DNA of 60,250 nucleotides from a bacterium (GTDB lineage Bacteria; Bacteroidota; Ignavibacteria; Kapaibacteriales; Kapaibacteriaceae). Made by a program: the position numbers and the translations under genes. The stretch spans positions 5,845-66,094 of the forward strand of contig DAITZZ010000008.1 in assembly GCA_036840065.1 (NCBI GenBank), given 5' to 3'. Shown one piece after another: positions 38,201 to 47,213 of the stretch; the first letter of the stretch is position 1, and each line of letters starts with the position of its first letter. Under the pieces are notes generated by a model, which was not told where the DNA came from, did no database searches, and was given only the letters and a program-made list of their open reading frames with translations.

Positions 38201-39225
38201 GACCACGTCCGGATGTGACGCTTGATTTCGGCATGCGCCTGCGCGTTCGGCCATGCAGCGACGAACCCATCACCATTGTTTTGGACAATCAAGGCACGGC
38301 CCCGACAAGAGTCGATAGTGTTACCGTGAATCTCGGTGGTGACCTTTTGGATGTGAGCCGCAATGTTGGTCTGCTTGATCTTCTTCCCGGGCAGCGCTGG
38401 ACGTACTCGTTCACCCACCGGTGGAATGTTGAATCGGAACGACGCGCTACAATTCGTGTTGTGGATTCGGCGGGAGTCGTTCTGGTCGATACACTCGTGA
38501 TCGAGATCGTTGAGCCCAAGACCTCTATCGAAGCTTCATTCATGGATGGCTCGGGAAGCGCCGCCGGACCTGCGAGAATACGTCTCTTGGCTGGTCTTGC
38601 CGACGAACAGGACGTCGTTCTGCCGATCACGCTGCGTCTGAATATCGACAGGCGACGGTTCATTCTCGGACCTCTCGACTCCTCTCAGGTGGTACTAACC
38701 ACGCCTGCGGGGGCGAGGCTGATCCCGGCTTCCATCAGGCAGGATTCTGCACACATCGAGGTTCTCCTGACGGATGGCGCCAAGGGACCATGGACCATCG
38801 ACTGTAGAGTGTTGGGGACGGTGCTGTGGAAAGATCCCGACCCCGATAGCATGCGAGCAACTCTTCTGGGCACGCCCTGCTATCTCCCGAAACTATCGAA
38901 TGACGTAGAATTCGGTATCGATCCTTGCGGCTCGCGTCGGCGTATCGTGAACATTGGTTCCGTCAGAGGAATCACCCTGCGTCCGCTTGGCCAGCCATTC
39001 AGCCAGGTCATCGCATTGGAAGTCGAATCATCACTCAACGCAACCGCAACGGTATGGGCCGAGTCTCTTGCAGGCAGTCAATTTCTGTTGACCGAACATT
39101 TGTCTTTGCAAAAGGGACGTCAGCATTGTAATTTCTCTTGTTCGGGTTGGCCATCAGGGCTGTATAGGCTGGTGTTTATGCTTGAACAAGGGGTTGAAGT
39201 CACGAACATCATCATCGTCAACTAA
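35230..39225 (+). CDS. 1331-aa secreted protein: IgGFc-binding-like N-terminal domain, Ig-like/ASH repeats, divergent T9SS CTD
   Basis: Signal peptide; EGTSFVVGFMQN..LQIFISS, KDHLVEQL..WG..Y, DPAMVIVPPIEQF, YGTSRNDSYA; C-terminal GWPSGLYRLV..IIIVN. Confidence 0.82.
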   Translation: MKRAPLILVALGLVFGLQLSAQIEKVLPKRSSSSLEGTSFVVGFMQNEILEIGADPRLQIFISSQYDATVTIESAALGRVVVPIAAKTVHVETLSPYHANTASEMVQQKSVFITSDVPVVVYVLNTLLRSTDSYAAIPIRHLGTQYYSVNRPTDYYLPNNRDRTATIPRVGEFMVMAVEDDTRVTITPAATTGRMGIAARTPFSVNLDKGDCYLVQARATGHGRDDLTGSSISSTKPVAVISGHMRSSIPLSMGGSKDHLVEQLTPADKWGRAYVTAPLAMSNRPDMYRIMASLPGQTIRLTTANGLKNFQLSAVGAWADTLLSEPASWSSADPFFMVQLMSSQIDTTRSFDPAMVIVPPIEQFVNETLFRFPTLEPDNSIRNQRFFYCINLVATHDALSTLRIDGRLATATAPLLAMQVVPGTSIHWAHVYLQEGTHVVTCDSGSFSAIMYGTSRNDSYANLVGLAFEPLRKRDDTPPVYSSKIDCGTVTGSIRDTSRDTANLKDVAVIGSRTFNYIWSISEPLDSAGSVEFQASVRDMTRDAQLVIHAYDDRGNGKEWLYRYDAPLIDVVRDVVIDAQRGRERCTTVVIRNRDSTPVTIRGLSRQGNQRIIVTDPSGPFTINARDSVSVRVCATQWADTTVMAASIDIELACGLFRTFYVKTRVSSSITGDTIDFGDVRLGDTACGRVAIINNGDRPTDLEKLIATRLDSSFVLDTAALGLPRTIPAGDTVWVDVCVIPRQQGAITRIDSIVSSSGVDAWIVCRARGVQPRVASVVIDWKERRVGSINDTTIVLRNTGDGWCLAEPSLAPASSAFLLSGVPSSGARLDAGDSLLLRASFRPMTRDTLSTVAPVSIDWTPHAPVSITLMGIGVMPDIALQDVNFGTIVIDTQRDTLVDLITTGYSGGNAELLVRAISIVGPDSSSFVLPASLFTSVGTRRPLPSRLQDVVVFAPTRLGLHECFVDVDHDAVPHGQVGRSRFRLYGRAIDRPRPDVTLDFGMRLRVRPCSDEPITIVLDNQGTAPTRVDSVTVNLGGDLLDVSRNVGLLDLLPGQRWTYSFTHRWNVESERRATIRVVDSAGVVLVDTLVIEIVEPKTSIEASFMDGSGSAAGPARIRLLAGLADEQDVVLPITLRLNIDRRRFILGPLDSSQVVLTTPAGARLIPASIRQDSAHIEVLLTDGAKGPWTIDCRVLGTVLWKDPDPDSMRATLLGTPCYLPKLSNDVEFGIDPCGSRRRIVNIGSVRGITLRPLGQPFSQVIALEVESSLNATATVWAESLAGSQFLLTEHLSLQKGRQHCNFSCSGWPSGLYRLVFMLEQGVEVTNIIIVN

Positions 39226-39236
39226 GGCAATCGGGT

Positions 39237-40052
39237 ATGAGAAAGTTGGGTTACGCACTCCTGGCAACACTCCTCTTTGCGACGTCAACCACCGTTCTTG
39301 CTCAGCAGGAAATCGGTGCTCGCGCCACACCTCTGCAGCCAGCGCGGCGTTCCCCGAGGATCTACGTTGGCCCGGTGGCTGGTTACAACCGCTCGCTCCA
39401 CTCGTCGAGCTTTCAGTCGGTTGCCGGCGACGTCCTTTGCCCGACATTCACCAGTGGCACAGAGAACGGCTACTACGTGGGTATGTCCTTCGAGTACCTC
39501 CTTGGCAAGCCGCGTGAATCCAAGTCATCCATCATTGCCCGGGCCGTTTACAACACCTTCCCTGCGAACTTTTCGCAAGGGGGCGATACACTCCCGTCAC
39601 TCGACCCGAACACCGGCGAAAAGTACCTGAGTGCAATTGAGCATACGGCGGCGATCCAGTACTCAACGTTCGACATTGAGCTGATCTACAAGCTAAATCT
39701 CTTTAACTCGAGCTTCGGAGTGGTTGTCGGTCCAACGGCAGGCTTCGTTGTCGGTTCGGATCGCGTTCAGCGCATGTCGATCATTGATCCGGATAATGCG
39801 ACGTTTGAAGTCGTGCCGGGCGTTGAGTATGAGAACTTCAATCGAACACAGATCACGGCTCGTGATCAGATCGAAGGTCGCGCAGGCATGCGTCTTGCTA
39901 TCAAGGCCGGCGTGCAGTACGAGATCGCTGTTGGTCGCATTCTGGTGGTTCCATGTGCCTATTACAACTTCGGAATCACGAAGCTGAGCGACGCCGACAA
40001 CATTCGGGTCAATGCGCTTCAAGTAGGTGTCGACATCCGCTTCGCACTGTAA
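39237..40052 (+). CDS. Outer-membrane beta-barrel protein (PorT/OMP_b-brl-like)
   Basis: Signal peptide; amphipathic strands YVGPVAGYN, YYVGMSFEY, FGVVVGPTAGF, IKAGVQYEI; C-terminal QVGVDIRFAL. Confidence 0.75.
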   Translation: MRKLGYALLATLLFATSTTVLAQQEIGARATPLQPARRSPRIYVGPVAGYNRSLHSSSFQSVAGDVLCPTFTSGTENGYYVGMSFEYLLGKPRESKSSIIARAVYNTFPANFSQGGDTLPSLDPNTGEKYLSAIEHTAAIQYSTFDIELIYKLNLFNSSFGVVVGPTAGFVVGSDRVQRMSIIDPDNATFEVVPGVEYENFNRTQITARDQIEGRAGMRLAIKAGVQYEIAVGRILVVPCAYYNFGITKLSDADNIRVNALQVGVDIRFAL

Positions 40053-40081
40053 GTCCAGCCCACAACGTCTGATTCGACGAT

Positions 40082-40115
40082 CGATGCCCGCCCGAAAGCG
40101 GGCATCGCTATTTTT
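40082..40115 (+). terminator. Intrinsic terminator; its T-tract also reads TATTTTTG (40109-40116), a possible -7 element for the HIT operon
   Basis: CGATGCCCGC-ccgaaa-GCGGGCATCG (10-bp perfect stem) followed by ctattttt. Confidence 0.85.
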
Positions 40116-40157
40116 GTGCTTTACCTGTGCTCTGCACGATTGAGGACCACTCCGAAT

Positions 40158-40658
40158 ATGGATCAGCTTTGGGCAGCTTGGCGAGGCGAATACGTCAGAA
40201 ACCCGTCGGGGAGCAATCCAGGCTGCTTCCTTTGCGAGAGTGGGCGAGTTGACGCACCTTGCCGTGACTCCGGGGTTGTGTACGTGGCCCAACATTCGAT
40301 CGTTCTGCTGAACCGGTATCCGTACTCGCCGGGTCATGTCATGGTCGCTCCGCGAGTTCACGGAGGTGATTTTCAGAAGCTTGGTGACGAGGTTTATGAC
40401 TGCATGATGCGCTCCATGCGTCGAGCTGCGAAGGCTCTCGACCTTGCCTATGCTCCGCACGGAATGAACATCGGAATGAATCTTGGGTCTGCTGCGGGCG
40501 CAGGTGTGCCCGACCACTGTCATATCCATGTTGTGCCGCGCTGGAGTGGCGATACGAACTTCATGCCCGTGGTCGGTCAGGTCAAGGTTCTCTCCGAAAC
40601 ACTCGACACGACATGGCAACGAATTGCTGATGCGATGCATTCGCTTGGGGCACGCTAG
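40158..40658 (+). CDS. HIT family nucleotide hydrolase/phosphorylase
   Basis: LWAAWRGEY, CFLC, LNRYPYSPGH, NIGMNLGSAAGAGV, HCHIHVVPRW. Confidence 0.92.
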   Translation: MDQLWAAWRGEYVRNPSGSNPGCFLCESGRVDAPCRDSGVVYVAQHSIVLLNRYPYSPGHVMVAPRVHGGDFQKLGDEVYDCMMRSMRRAAKALDLAYAPHGMNIGMNLGSAAGAGVPDHCHIHVVPRWSGDTNFMPVVGQVKVLSETLDTTWQRIADAMHSLGAR

Positions 40659-41521
40659 TGGGCAGTGGCTTTGCACCGCAGAAGAGGTTCAGTCAGAACT
40701 TCCTCACGGACGTTTCAACTGCCCGGGCGATCGCTGAGGCATTGCAGATCGGTGCGGGTGATCACGTAGTTGAGATCGGTCCCGGCAAGGGGGCTCTAAC
40801 GGTGCACCTTTGTGAATCGCTTGCCGATCGCATTGTGGGCGTCGAGCTTGATGACCGTGCGGTCCAGTTCCTCTCGCAGCAGTCGTGGGTACGCTCGGGG
40901 CGCGTGCAGATCGTACGCGGTGATGCTCTTGCACTTCGTGTCCGAGACCTTCTCCCGAGCACCGATCGTCAGCACCGATGCGTCATCGGGAACATCCCGT
41001 ACGCCATCACCAGCCCCCTGCTCTTCTGGCTCTTTTCGCAGGCGCACGAAGTGTCTCGCGGTGTGGTCATGATGCAGCGTGAGGTGGCCCGGCGTTGTGT
41101 GGCCGGCGTGGGGTCGAAAGATTACGGGATACTCTCGGTAGCAACCTGGCTGCATGCACGCGCCCGGCTGATGTTTCACGTCAAACCCGGATCGTTCTTT
41201 CCTCGCCCCGATGTGACCTCATCAGTCGTGCGCTTTGAACTTCTGGCAGAACCACCAATGCACCTGCCCGTTGAGGACTTCATGGAGTTTGTGCGCGCAG
41301 CGTTCTCGCAACGTCGCAAAGTGATGACCAATGCCTTGGCCGACTGGGCTCGTCGACACAACCTCGACCTCAAATCAGCGTCAGTGATTGGCGCTGTAGA
41401 CCTTGCCAGAACGCGGGCCGAGGAGTGTCCACCTCAACTGCTGGGCGAGATCTTTTTGGGCTTGGTCCGGCAAGACGTTGGGAAAATGAATCGTCAAGTA
41501 CCGGAGGGTACGAACGGATGA
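40658..41521 (+). CDS. rsmA: 16S rRNA m6,2A dimethyltransferase KsgA/RsmA
   Basis: KRFSQNFL, VEIGPGKGALT, GNIPYAITSP, MQREVARR, FFPRPDVTS, AFSQRRK. Confidence 0.95.
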   Translation: MGSGFAPQKRFSQNFLTDVSTARAIAEALQIGAGDHVVEIGPGKGALTVHLCESLADRIVGVELDDRAVQFLSQQSWVRSGRVQIVRGDALALRVRDLLPSTDRQHRCVIGNIPYAITSPLLFWLFSQAHEVSRGVVMMQREVARRCVAGVGSKDYGILSVATWLHARARLMFHVKPGSFFPRPDVTSSVVRFELLAEPPMHLPVEDFMEFVRAAFSQRRKVMTNALADWARRHNLDLKSASVIGAVDLARTRAEECPPQLLGEIFLGLVRQDVGKMNRQVPEGTNG

Positions 41522-42462
41522 CGCGAATGAGTATTCGAGACGCTTGGAGTATTCTGAAGAGCGATTTCGTCGCGGCCGACGTTTACGCCGCCGTCATGAT
41601 GACACTCTATGCCATCATGGCAGTTGTCTGTCATAACTCCATCGTAGGCAGTGTGTCGGTTGTCTGGACGAACGTCCTCATCATGACTCTTATTGCCGCT
41701 AGCATCGTACTCGTGCGCCTAACAGGTTCGGCGGCGGTGACGTTTGTCCGATACTTCTATGTGGTTCCGATCATCTACATGATGTATGATCAAACGCATC
41801 TCTTTGTGCCGGTCGTTAACCCCCACCTGTATGACAACGTGCTGATCGCGGCTGATCGAGCGCTGTTCGGGCAGGATCCCACGGTTTGGCTTTCGCATTT
41901 CGCTAATCCGTTTCTCACAGAGTTCCTCCAGATCTGCTATTTCCTCTTCTACTTCATGCCGGTATCTCATGCCATAGAGCTTTGGATGCGCGGCGAAACC
42001 GAAAAGGTTATACACTTCGCGCGGATGATGGCGTTTATGTTCTTTATCTCGTACGTGCTGTATTTCCTCTTGCCTGCCGTTGGACCGCGTTTTACGCTTC
42101 ATGACTTTGCCTTGACCAACACCGAGCTACCAGGAATCTGGTTCACCGAGACCCTGCGCAGCATCGTGAACATCGGTGGGGGAGTGATCGTTGGTACTGC
42201 TGATCCTGCCAGCGTTGTCAACCGCGACTGTATGCCCAGCGGCCACACGATGCTCACCATGGTGAACATTATCCTGGCCTTTCAAAACCGAAGCCGGCTC
42301 CGCTACGTGTTTTTACTATTGGGCACGGGGCTCATTTTTGCCACCGTGTACCTACGGTACCACTATGTTGTCGATCTCATCGCCGGAGCGATGCTCGTAA
42401 TTGTCTGTATGCCACTTGAAATTCATGTGGATAAGTTCATTCGCCGATTGGCTCGAAAATGA
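41518..42462 (+). CDS. PAP2 superfamily membrane protein, Aur1/IPC-synthase-like
   Basis: Multiple TMs; LPAVGPRF, DCMPSGHT, TVYLRYHYVVDLIAG. Confidence 0.82.
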   Translation: MTRMSIRDAWSILKSDFVAADVYAAVMMTLYAIMAVVCHNSIVGSVSVVWTNVLIMTLIAASIVLVRLTGSAAVTFVRYFYVVPIIYMMYDQTHLFVPVVNPHLYDNVLIAADRALFGQDPTVWLSHFANPFLTEFLQICYFLFYFMPVSHAIELWMRGETEKVIHFARMMAFMFFISYVLYFLLPAVGPRFTLHDFALTNTELPGIWFTETLRSIVNIGGGVIVGTADPASVVNRDCMPSGHTMLTMVNIILAFQNRSRLRYVFLLLGTGLIFATVYLRYHYVVDLIAGAMLVIVCMPLEIHVDKFIRRLARK

Positions 42463-42689
42463 ACTTTTCCGCTGTTTTGGATGTAACCAATCTTGTCCGG
42501 CGCTGTTATTCAGGTTGTCGCGGTAGATGTCAACAGTATTCCTGTTGATTTCTCTTCGACAAATGCAAGTTGGAAGTAACCGATTTTCGGTTATTTTATC
42601 CGGGTCCTGGCACGAATTGCCCATAGCAATATCGTGTCATCAAGTTGAAAGTCTAATCACTATCCCATTTCATTTTTAGGAGAAAGTCC

Positions 42690-45600
42690 ATGCGACTTCT
42701 TTCCAAACTGTTCTGCGGTATTCTTGCGAGCGTCGTGCTCACGCTGGCGGGATTTACCTCCGTAACAGCATCAGACGTCAAATCGTCTGAGCGTCGGGGA
42801 ACAATGGTTCTGACCGAAGGCCGCAACTACGTTGTCGGCTTCCCGCAGGTCTGGGCCAGTACGTCGGAAAAGGCTTTGAAGCCAGCTATGCAGTTGTTCA
42901 TCTCGGCCAAGCAGCGCACCAAGGTGCGTGTCCGCACCCCGGCTCTGATTAACGACAATGCACGTCTCGACCGTGAATTCACGGTAGAGGCGAACAAGGT
43001 TCTGAAGATTCCGATTACGGAAAGCTACATGCCTACCGCATCGGAGACAAAGACGGGATATGGCATTGTGGTTGAAGCCAACAAGCCTGTTTCTGTTTCG
43101 ACGTTCCAGGCATGGATGGGAAATGGTGAGCTTGCTCGTCACCTTCCTGTTGAAGCGTGGGGTCGTGCGTATTACACCGCAAACATGTATCAGGATCGCT
43201 ACGGCAACAATTCCGGATACAAGTATCGTCCGTCACAGATTCTTGTTATCGCCGCACGCGACAACACGGTTATCTCCTACACGCCAACTTGGGACACCGA
43301 AGGGGGCATGGAAACACCGCCAGTTCGCAAGGGCCAGACGGCAACGGTGACCCTTGAAAAAGGCGAAACGTTCCTGATCCGCGGAAAGATCGACGAGAAC
43401 ATGAACAAGGAGTGGTCGACAGACATGTCGGGCACATTCATTCGTTCCACCAAGCCATTTGCCGTCGTTTCAGGACACACCAAGGTTGCGATCCTTCGTT
43501 ACCCAGACGTGCTTCCTCCGACCGGTATGTTCGCCGCCGAAGCGCACTTTGTTCGCAACAACGTGCACGATGCTCAGCTTCCAGTCGAAATGGCCGGCAC
43601 AGAGTTCGTGACGATCCCAACGATGTATACGTCGGTTCGTGCCAACCCGGTTGGAACGACAGGCGCCGAGATCGGTATCGAAGACGACCGTGGTGATGTG
43701 GTTCGCTTCATCGCTCTTGAGGACGACACCAAGATCTTCCGGATGCGTAGCTCGGGCGACGGTCTCGCCGCTGAGCGTACGCTTCGTCGTGGTGAGTCGC
43801 ACATCGTTCCCGTTATGTCCATCGCAACGTTCTGGAAGTCTGACAAGCCGGTTCTGGCTACGCAGTATGGAAAGTCGTATGCGAAGGTTCTTCCTCCTGC
43901 CTTTGGCAAGGATGGTGGTGACAACACGCAGGGACATCCAACGGTTGAAGCTGGCATGCCGATGATGGAATACGTTCCATCGGTTGACCGCTGGACGAAC
44001 TATGGTGTCTTCTCGGCTCCCGAGGGGATGGACAACTTCATGAACATTGTCTACAAGACGGACGAGATCAACAAGATCAAGTTCGACGGCAAGAACCTCG
44101 GCTCATCTGTTGGTGGAGCATCGTTCAAGATCCAGGGTACGCCATACTCGGCTATCCGCGTGAGCGTATCGGTTGGTGATCACTATCTCGAATCCAATGA
44201 GCCGAACGTTCGTTGGATGGCTTGGACGTACGGATCACTCGACGGTATGCAGATGGGTCGTGCATACGGCACGCCGATCTCTGTGGATGTATCGATCCCA
44301 TGCGATGATTCGCTGTACGTAAAGGACACACCGATCTGCGGCGACATCGACGCAGAAGGCCAGATCATCCAACTTGGTGGTAAGTGCGGCTCGATCTTTG
44401 CCGTCTATCCCGAGGAACTCTCGAACTACCGTCTTGAAGTTGATCCTGACTTCGTCGGTGGTGACACCATCGTCAAGTTCAAGCTTATCGTCGAAGACAA
44501 GACGAAGGATGCTATGGCCGTTGTGCGTGTCGTAACGCGTTCGGGCAAGTTCGTCGAGAAGACCTACCAGTACACGGCGGACAAGATCAGCTGGACCCCA
44601 GCAAAGATCGATTTTGGTACAATTGCCTTTAACACGCCAGAGACGAAGACGATGACGATCACGAACCTCAGCAAGGATCGTCCGGTCAACGTCAAGAAGA
44701 TCTTTGTTCGCTCAGCCGCGCAGGTCTTTAAGATCGCTCCTCCGGGCGGCTTCGTACTTGGCCCTAGCCAGTCCCGCGATATCTCGATCACGGCAACGAT
44801 TCAAACAGCTCCACTTGTGCTCGACACAGTGCTGGTTGAACTTGATTGTTACACGCAGAAGACGACAGAAGTCCGTGTACGTGGCGAACAGCCACAGATC
44901 TTTGTCGGTGATGCAAATTGGGGTCAGGTCCCTGCGAGCTCACCTGGCATTCGCCGTAAGGTTGAGATCATCAATGGTAGCCGCGTTGAGCTCATTGTTA
45001 CGGGCTTCCAGGAAAGTCTGCTTGATGGAACGGGCAAATTCTTTGAACCAACGACGCTTGACGGCAAGCCGCTGGCCTCTGCATTCCCGATGACGATTCC
45101 TGGCAATGGCAAGTATGAGTTCTTCGTGTCATACTCGCCAAAGGGCGAAGCGAATGTGCCTCACACCGTTTCGGTGCCGTTCTACTCGAACGCAACGGAA
45201 GTGGATTCGCTCGCTGTGCTGACAGGTTCGGGCGTAACGTTCAATCTCGCAGTCGTAACTGAGCCATGGAACGAGCGTGTGATCGACAACATTCAGCGTG
45301 GACTGAGCATCAATGAGTATCGCAAGACAGTCACGTTCTCGAACTTTGGTGACCAACCGATTTCGTTCAACGCTCCTGTCATCCGTGGAACAGATGCTGC
45401 TGCCTTCCGAATCGTTGATAACGGCACGGCTGGCTCATTCCCAATTCAGCTTGTTGGCAAGGGTGACGGTCAGTCCCGTACGATCACCGTGGCATTCGTT
45501 CCAAACGAACTGCCTGGTCGCGGTGCCGAGCGCAACAACTACAAGGCCGAGCTCGTCTTCCCAACCAACTCTTCGGAGCAGAAGGAAGTCTCTGCTGAGC

Positions 45601-47192
45601 TCGTAGCTACCGCATGGCAGCCACACGTGAAGGGTGCCGATCTGGACTTCGGTCAGTTTAACCGTGGCGAAGCAGCGATCGTGAAGAACATTCAGATCGC
45701 GAACATCAGCAAGGATGACGAGTCTAACCCAACAACGGGCAACACGTCGGGCACGTCGAACGTGATCGTCACGGGTATCCGTCTGCTGGACCCGAACTCT
45801 CCGTTCGAACTGCTCAATGCTCCAACGCCGCAAAGCCCATGGATGATCAAGCCAGGTGAGGTTCCAACGGACCTTCAAGTGCGCTTCGATCCAAAGCTTT
45901 CCGGTACGTACTCAACGCCGTTCGTCATCGAGACGAATGTTGGTACCAACGGTCAGGCCCCTTATCAGCCACAGTATACGATCAAGGCACAAGTACAGGG
46001 TGGTGACTTCTATCCAACGGGTGGAAGCGTCAATCAGTACGTCCACAAGGATGCCATCATCAATGTCACCGTCAAGCACGACGAGAACGTGACACGTCGA
46101 TTCCAGTTTGCGGACATGGTCGAAGGTGCCGATGCTGCTCGCTTTACTGTTCTTCCGAACAAGGCAACAGGCGCTTACTACATCGATGTTGCTCCGGGTG
46201 AAACTGGCGTCATTGAAGTACGCTTCTCACCTGATCGTGTTACACTCATGGCAAATGGTCAGCGTGACATTGCTACTCCGAAGGCTGCTGCTCAGAGCCT
46301 CATCAGCCGCAACGATGAGTTCAAGGGAACTCTGAAGATCACAGACGAGCTGACGAAGATCGAGAAGGAAGCACCGGTCTCCGGAAATGGTCTGTACCTT
46401 GAAACAACAAACATGATCGGTGAAGGCTATCAGGCTGCGCCGGGTGGTTCGGTTGACGTTGCCGTTGAGCTCAAGGCAGATCCAGAGTCGCTTGACAAGG
46501 CTGACCTGACAGAACTCCGCGTTCGTCTCTCGTACGATCCGCGTATTGTTAAGCCTCGCTCGGGCAAGGCAGACATCATTCTGGCCGGAACACAGATGGA
46601 AGGCTGGACAGTTGTTAACGATCCGGTTCCTTTCGGTAAGCCAAGTGATGACTTCAACTCGATCGAAATCGATCTTGCCGATCAGCGCGCCACGAAGTCG
46701 CCACTGCGCAACATCGATGTGCCTGCCTTCAAGGTCAAGTTTGATGTCTTCCTGAATCAGTCCAAGCAGGGCACGTTCTCGACACCGATCAGCGTGTACA
46801 CGTACTGGAATGATCATGATCGCTCTGGCAACGACGAGCGCTACGTGCTCTTCCGTGACATCCCTGGCAAGATCACACTGACGCTCCCATGCGCCAACGT
46901 GAAGCGCCTTGTTGGTGTCAGCGGCACTCGCTTCTCGGTAGCTCCGGTCCGTCCAAATCCGGTCGTAAGCACTGGTGTGATTACGTACGGTGTAGGTATC
47001 GCAGCTCCAACACGCGTTGATCTCTTCAACGCGATGGGCGAGAAGGTTGCAACTCTTGTAGATCAGAAGCTCGAGGTTGGAACGTATGACCTTACGGTTG
47101 ACGCAAACATGCTGCCAGCCGGGACCTACTACTTCCAAGTTCTGTCCGGACCGTTCACAAGCGAGCCGCAGACGCTGACGATCGTCAAGTAA
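42690..47192 (+). CDS. 1500-aa secreted protein: IgGFc-binding-like N-terminal domain, Ig-like/ASH repeats, T9SS type A CTD
   Basis: Signal peptide; EGRNYVVGFPQ..MQLFISA, RHLPVEAWG..YY, SGHTKVA, MMEYVPSVDRW; C-terminal PNPV..GTYYFQV..LTIVK; AGGAGA upstream of ATG. Confidence 0.88.
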   Translation: MRLLSKLFCGILASVVLTLAGFTSVTASDVKSSERRGTMVLTEGRNYVVGFPQVWASTSEKALKPAMQLFISAKQRTKVRVRTPALINDNARLDREFTVEANKVLKIPITESYMPTASETKTGYGIVVEANKPVSVSTFQAWMGNGELARHLPVEAWGRAYYTANMYQDRYGNNSGYKYRPSQILVIAARDNTVISYTPTWDTEGGMETPPVRKGQTATVTLEKGETFLIRGKIDENMNKEWSTDMSGTFIRSTKPFAVVSGHTKVAILRYPDVLPPTGMFAAEAHFVRNNVHDAQLPVEMAGTEFVTIPTMYTSVRANPVGTTGAEIGIEDDRGDVVRFIALEDDTKIFRMRSSGDGLAAERTLRRGESHIVPVMSIATFWKSDKPVLATQYGKSYAKVLPPAFGKDGGDNTQGHPTVEAGMPMMEYVPSVDRWTNYGVFSAPEGMDNFMNIVYKTDEINKIKFDGKNLGSSVGGASFKIQGTPYSAIRVSVSVGDHYLESNEPNVRWMAWTYGSLDGMQMGRAYGTPISVDVSIPCDDSLYVKDTPICGDIDAEGQIIQLGGKCGSIFAVYPEELSNYRLEVDPDFVGGDTIVKFKLIVEDKTKDAMAVVRVVTRSGKFVEKTYQYTADKISWTPAKIDFGTIAFNTPETKTMTITNLSKDRPVNVKKIFVRSAAQVFKIAPPGGFVLGPSQSRDISITATIQTAPLVLDTVLVELDCYTQKTTEVRVRGEQPQIFVGDANWGQVPASSPGIRRKVEIINGSRVELIVTGFQESLLDGTGKFFEPTTLDGKPLASAFPMTIPGNGKYEFFVSYSPKGEANVPHTVSVPFYSNATEVDSLAVLTGSGVTFNLAVVTEPWNERVIDNIQRGLSINEYRKTVTFSNFGDQPISFNAPVIRGTDAAAFRIVDNGTAGSFPIQLVGKGDGQSRTITVAFVPNELPGRGAERNNYKAELVFPTNSSEQKEVSAELVATAWQPHVKGADLDFGQFNRGEAAIVKNIQIANISKDDESNPTTGNTSGTSNVIVTGIRLLDPNSPFELLNAPTPQSPWMIKPGEVPTDLQVRFDPKLSGTYSTPFVIETNVGTNGQAPYQPQYTIKAQVQGGDFYPTGGSVNQYVHKDAIINVTVKHDENVTRRFQFADMVEGADAARFTVLPNKATGAYYIDVAPGETGVIEVRFSPDRVTLMANGQRDIATPKAAAQSLISRNDEFKGTLKITDELTKIEKEAPVSGNGLYLETTNMIGEGYQAAPGGSVDVAVELKADPESLDKADLTELRVRLSYDPRIVKPRSGKADIILAGTQMEGWTVVNDPVPFGKPSDDFNSIEIDLADQRATKSPLRNIDVPAFKVKFDVFLNQSKQGTFSTPISVYTYWNDHDRSGNDERYVLFRDIPGKITLTLPCANVKRLVGVSGTRFSVAPVRPNPVVSTGVITYGVGIAAPTRVDLFNAMGEKVATLVDQKLEVGTYDLTVDANMLPAGTYYFQVLSGPFTSEPQTLTIVK

Positions 47193-47213
47193 GTCACGTT
47201 GAAAATGTACGCG

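Noticed and set aside
42608-42622. Possible sigma-54 promoter TGGCACGAATTGC
   Set aside because: GG and GC are separated by 8 nt, not the required 10
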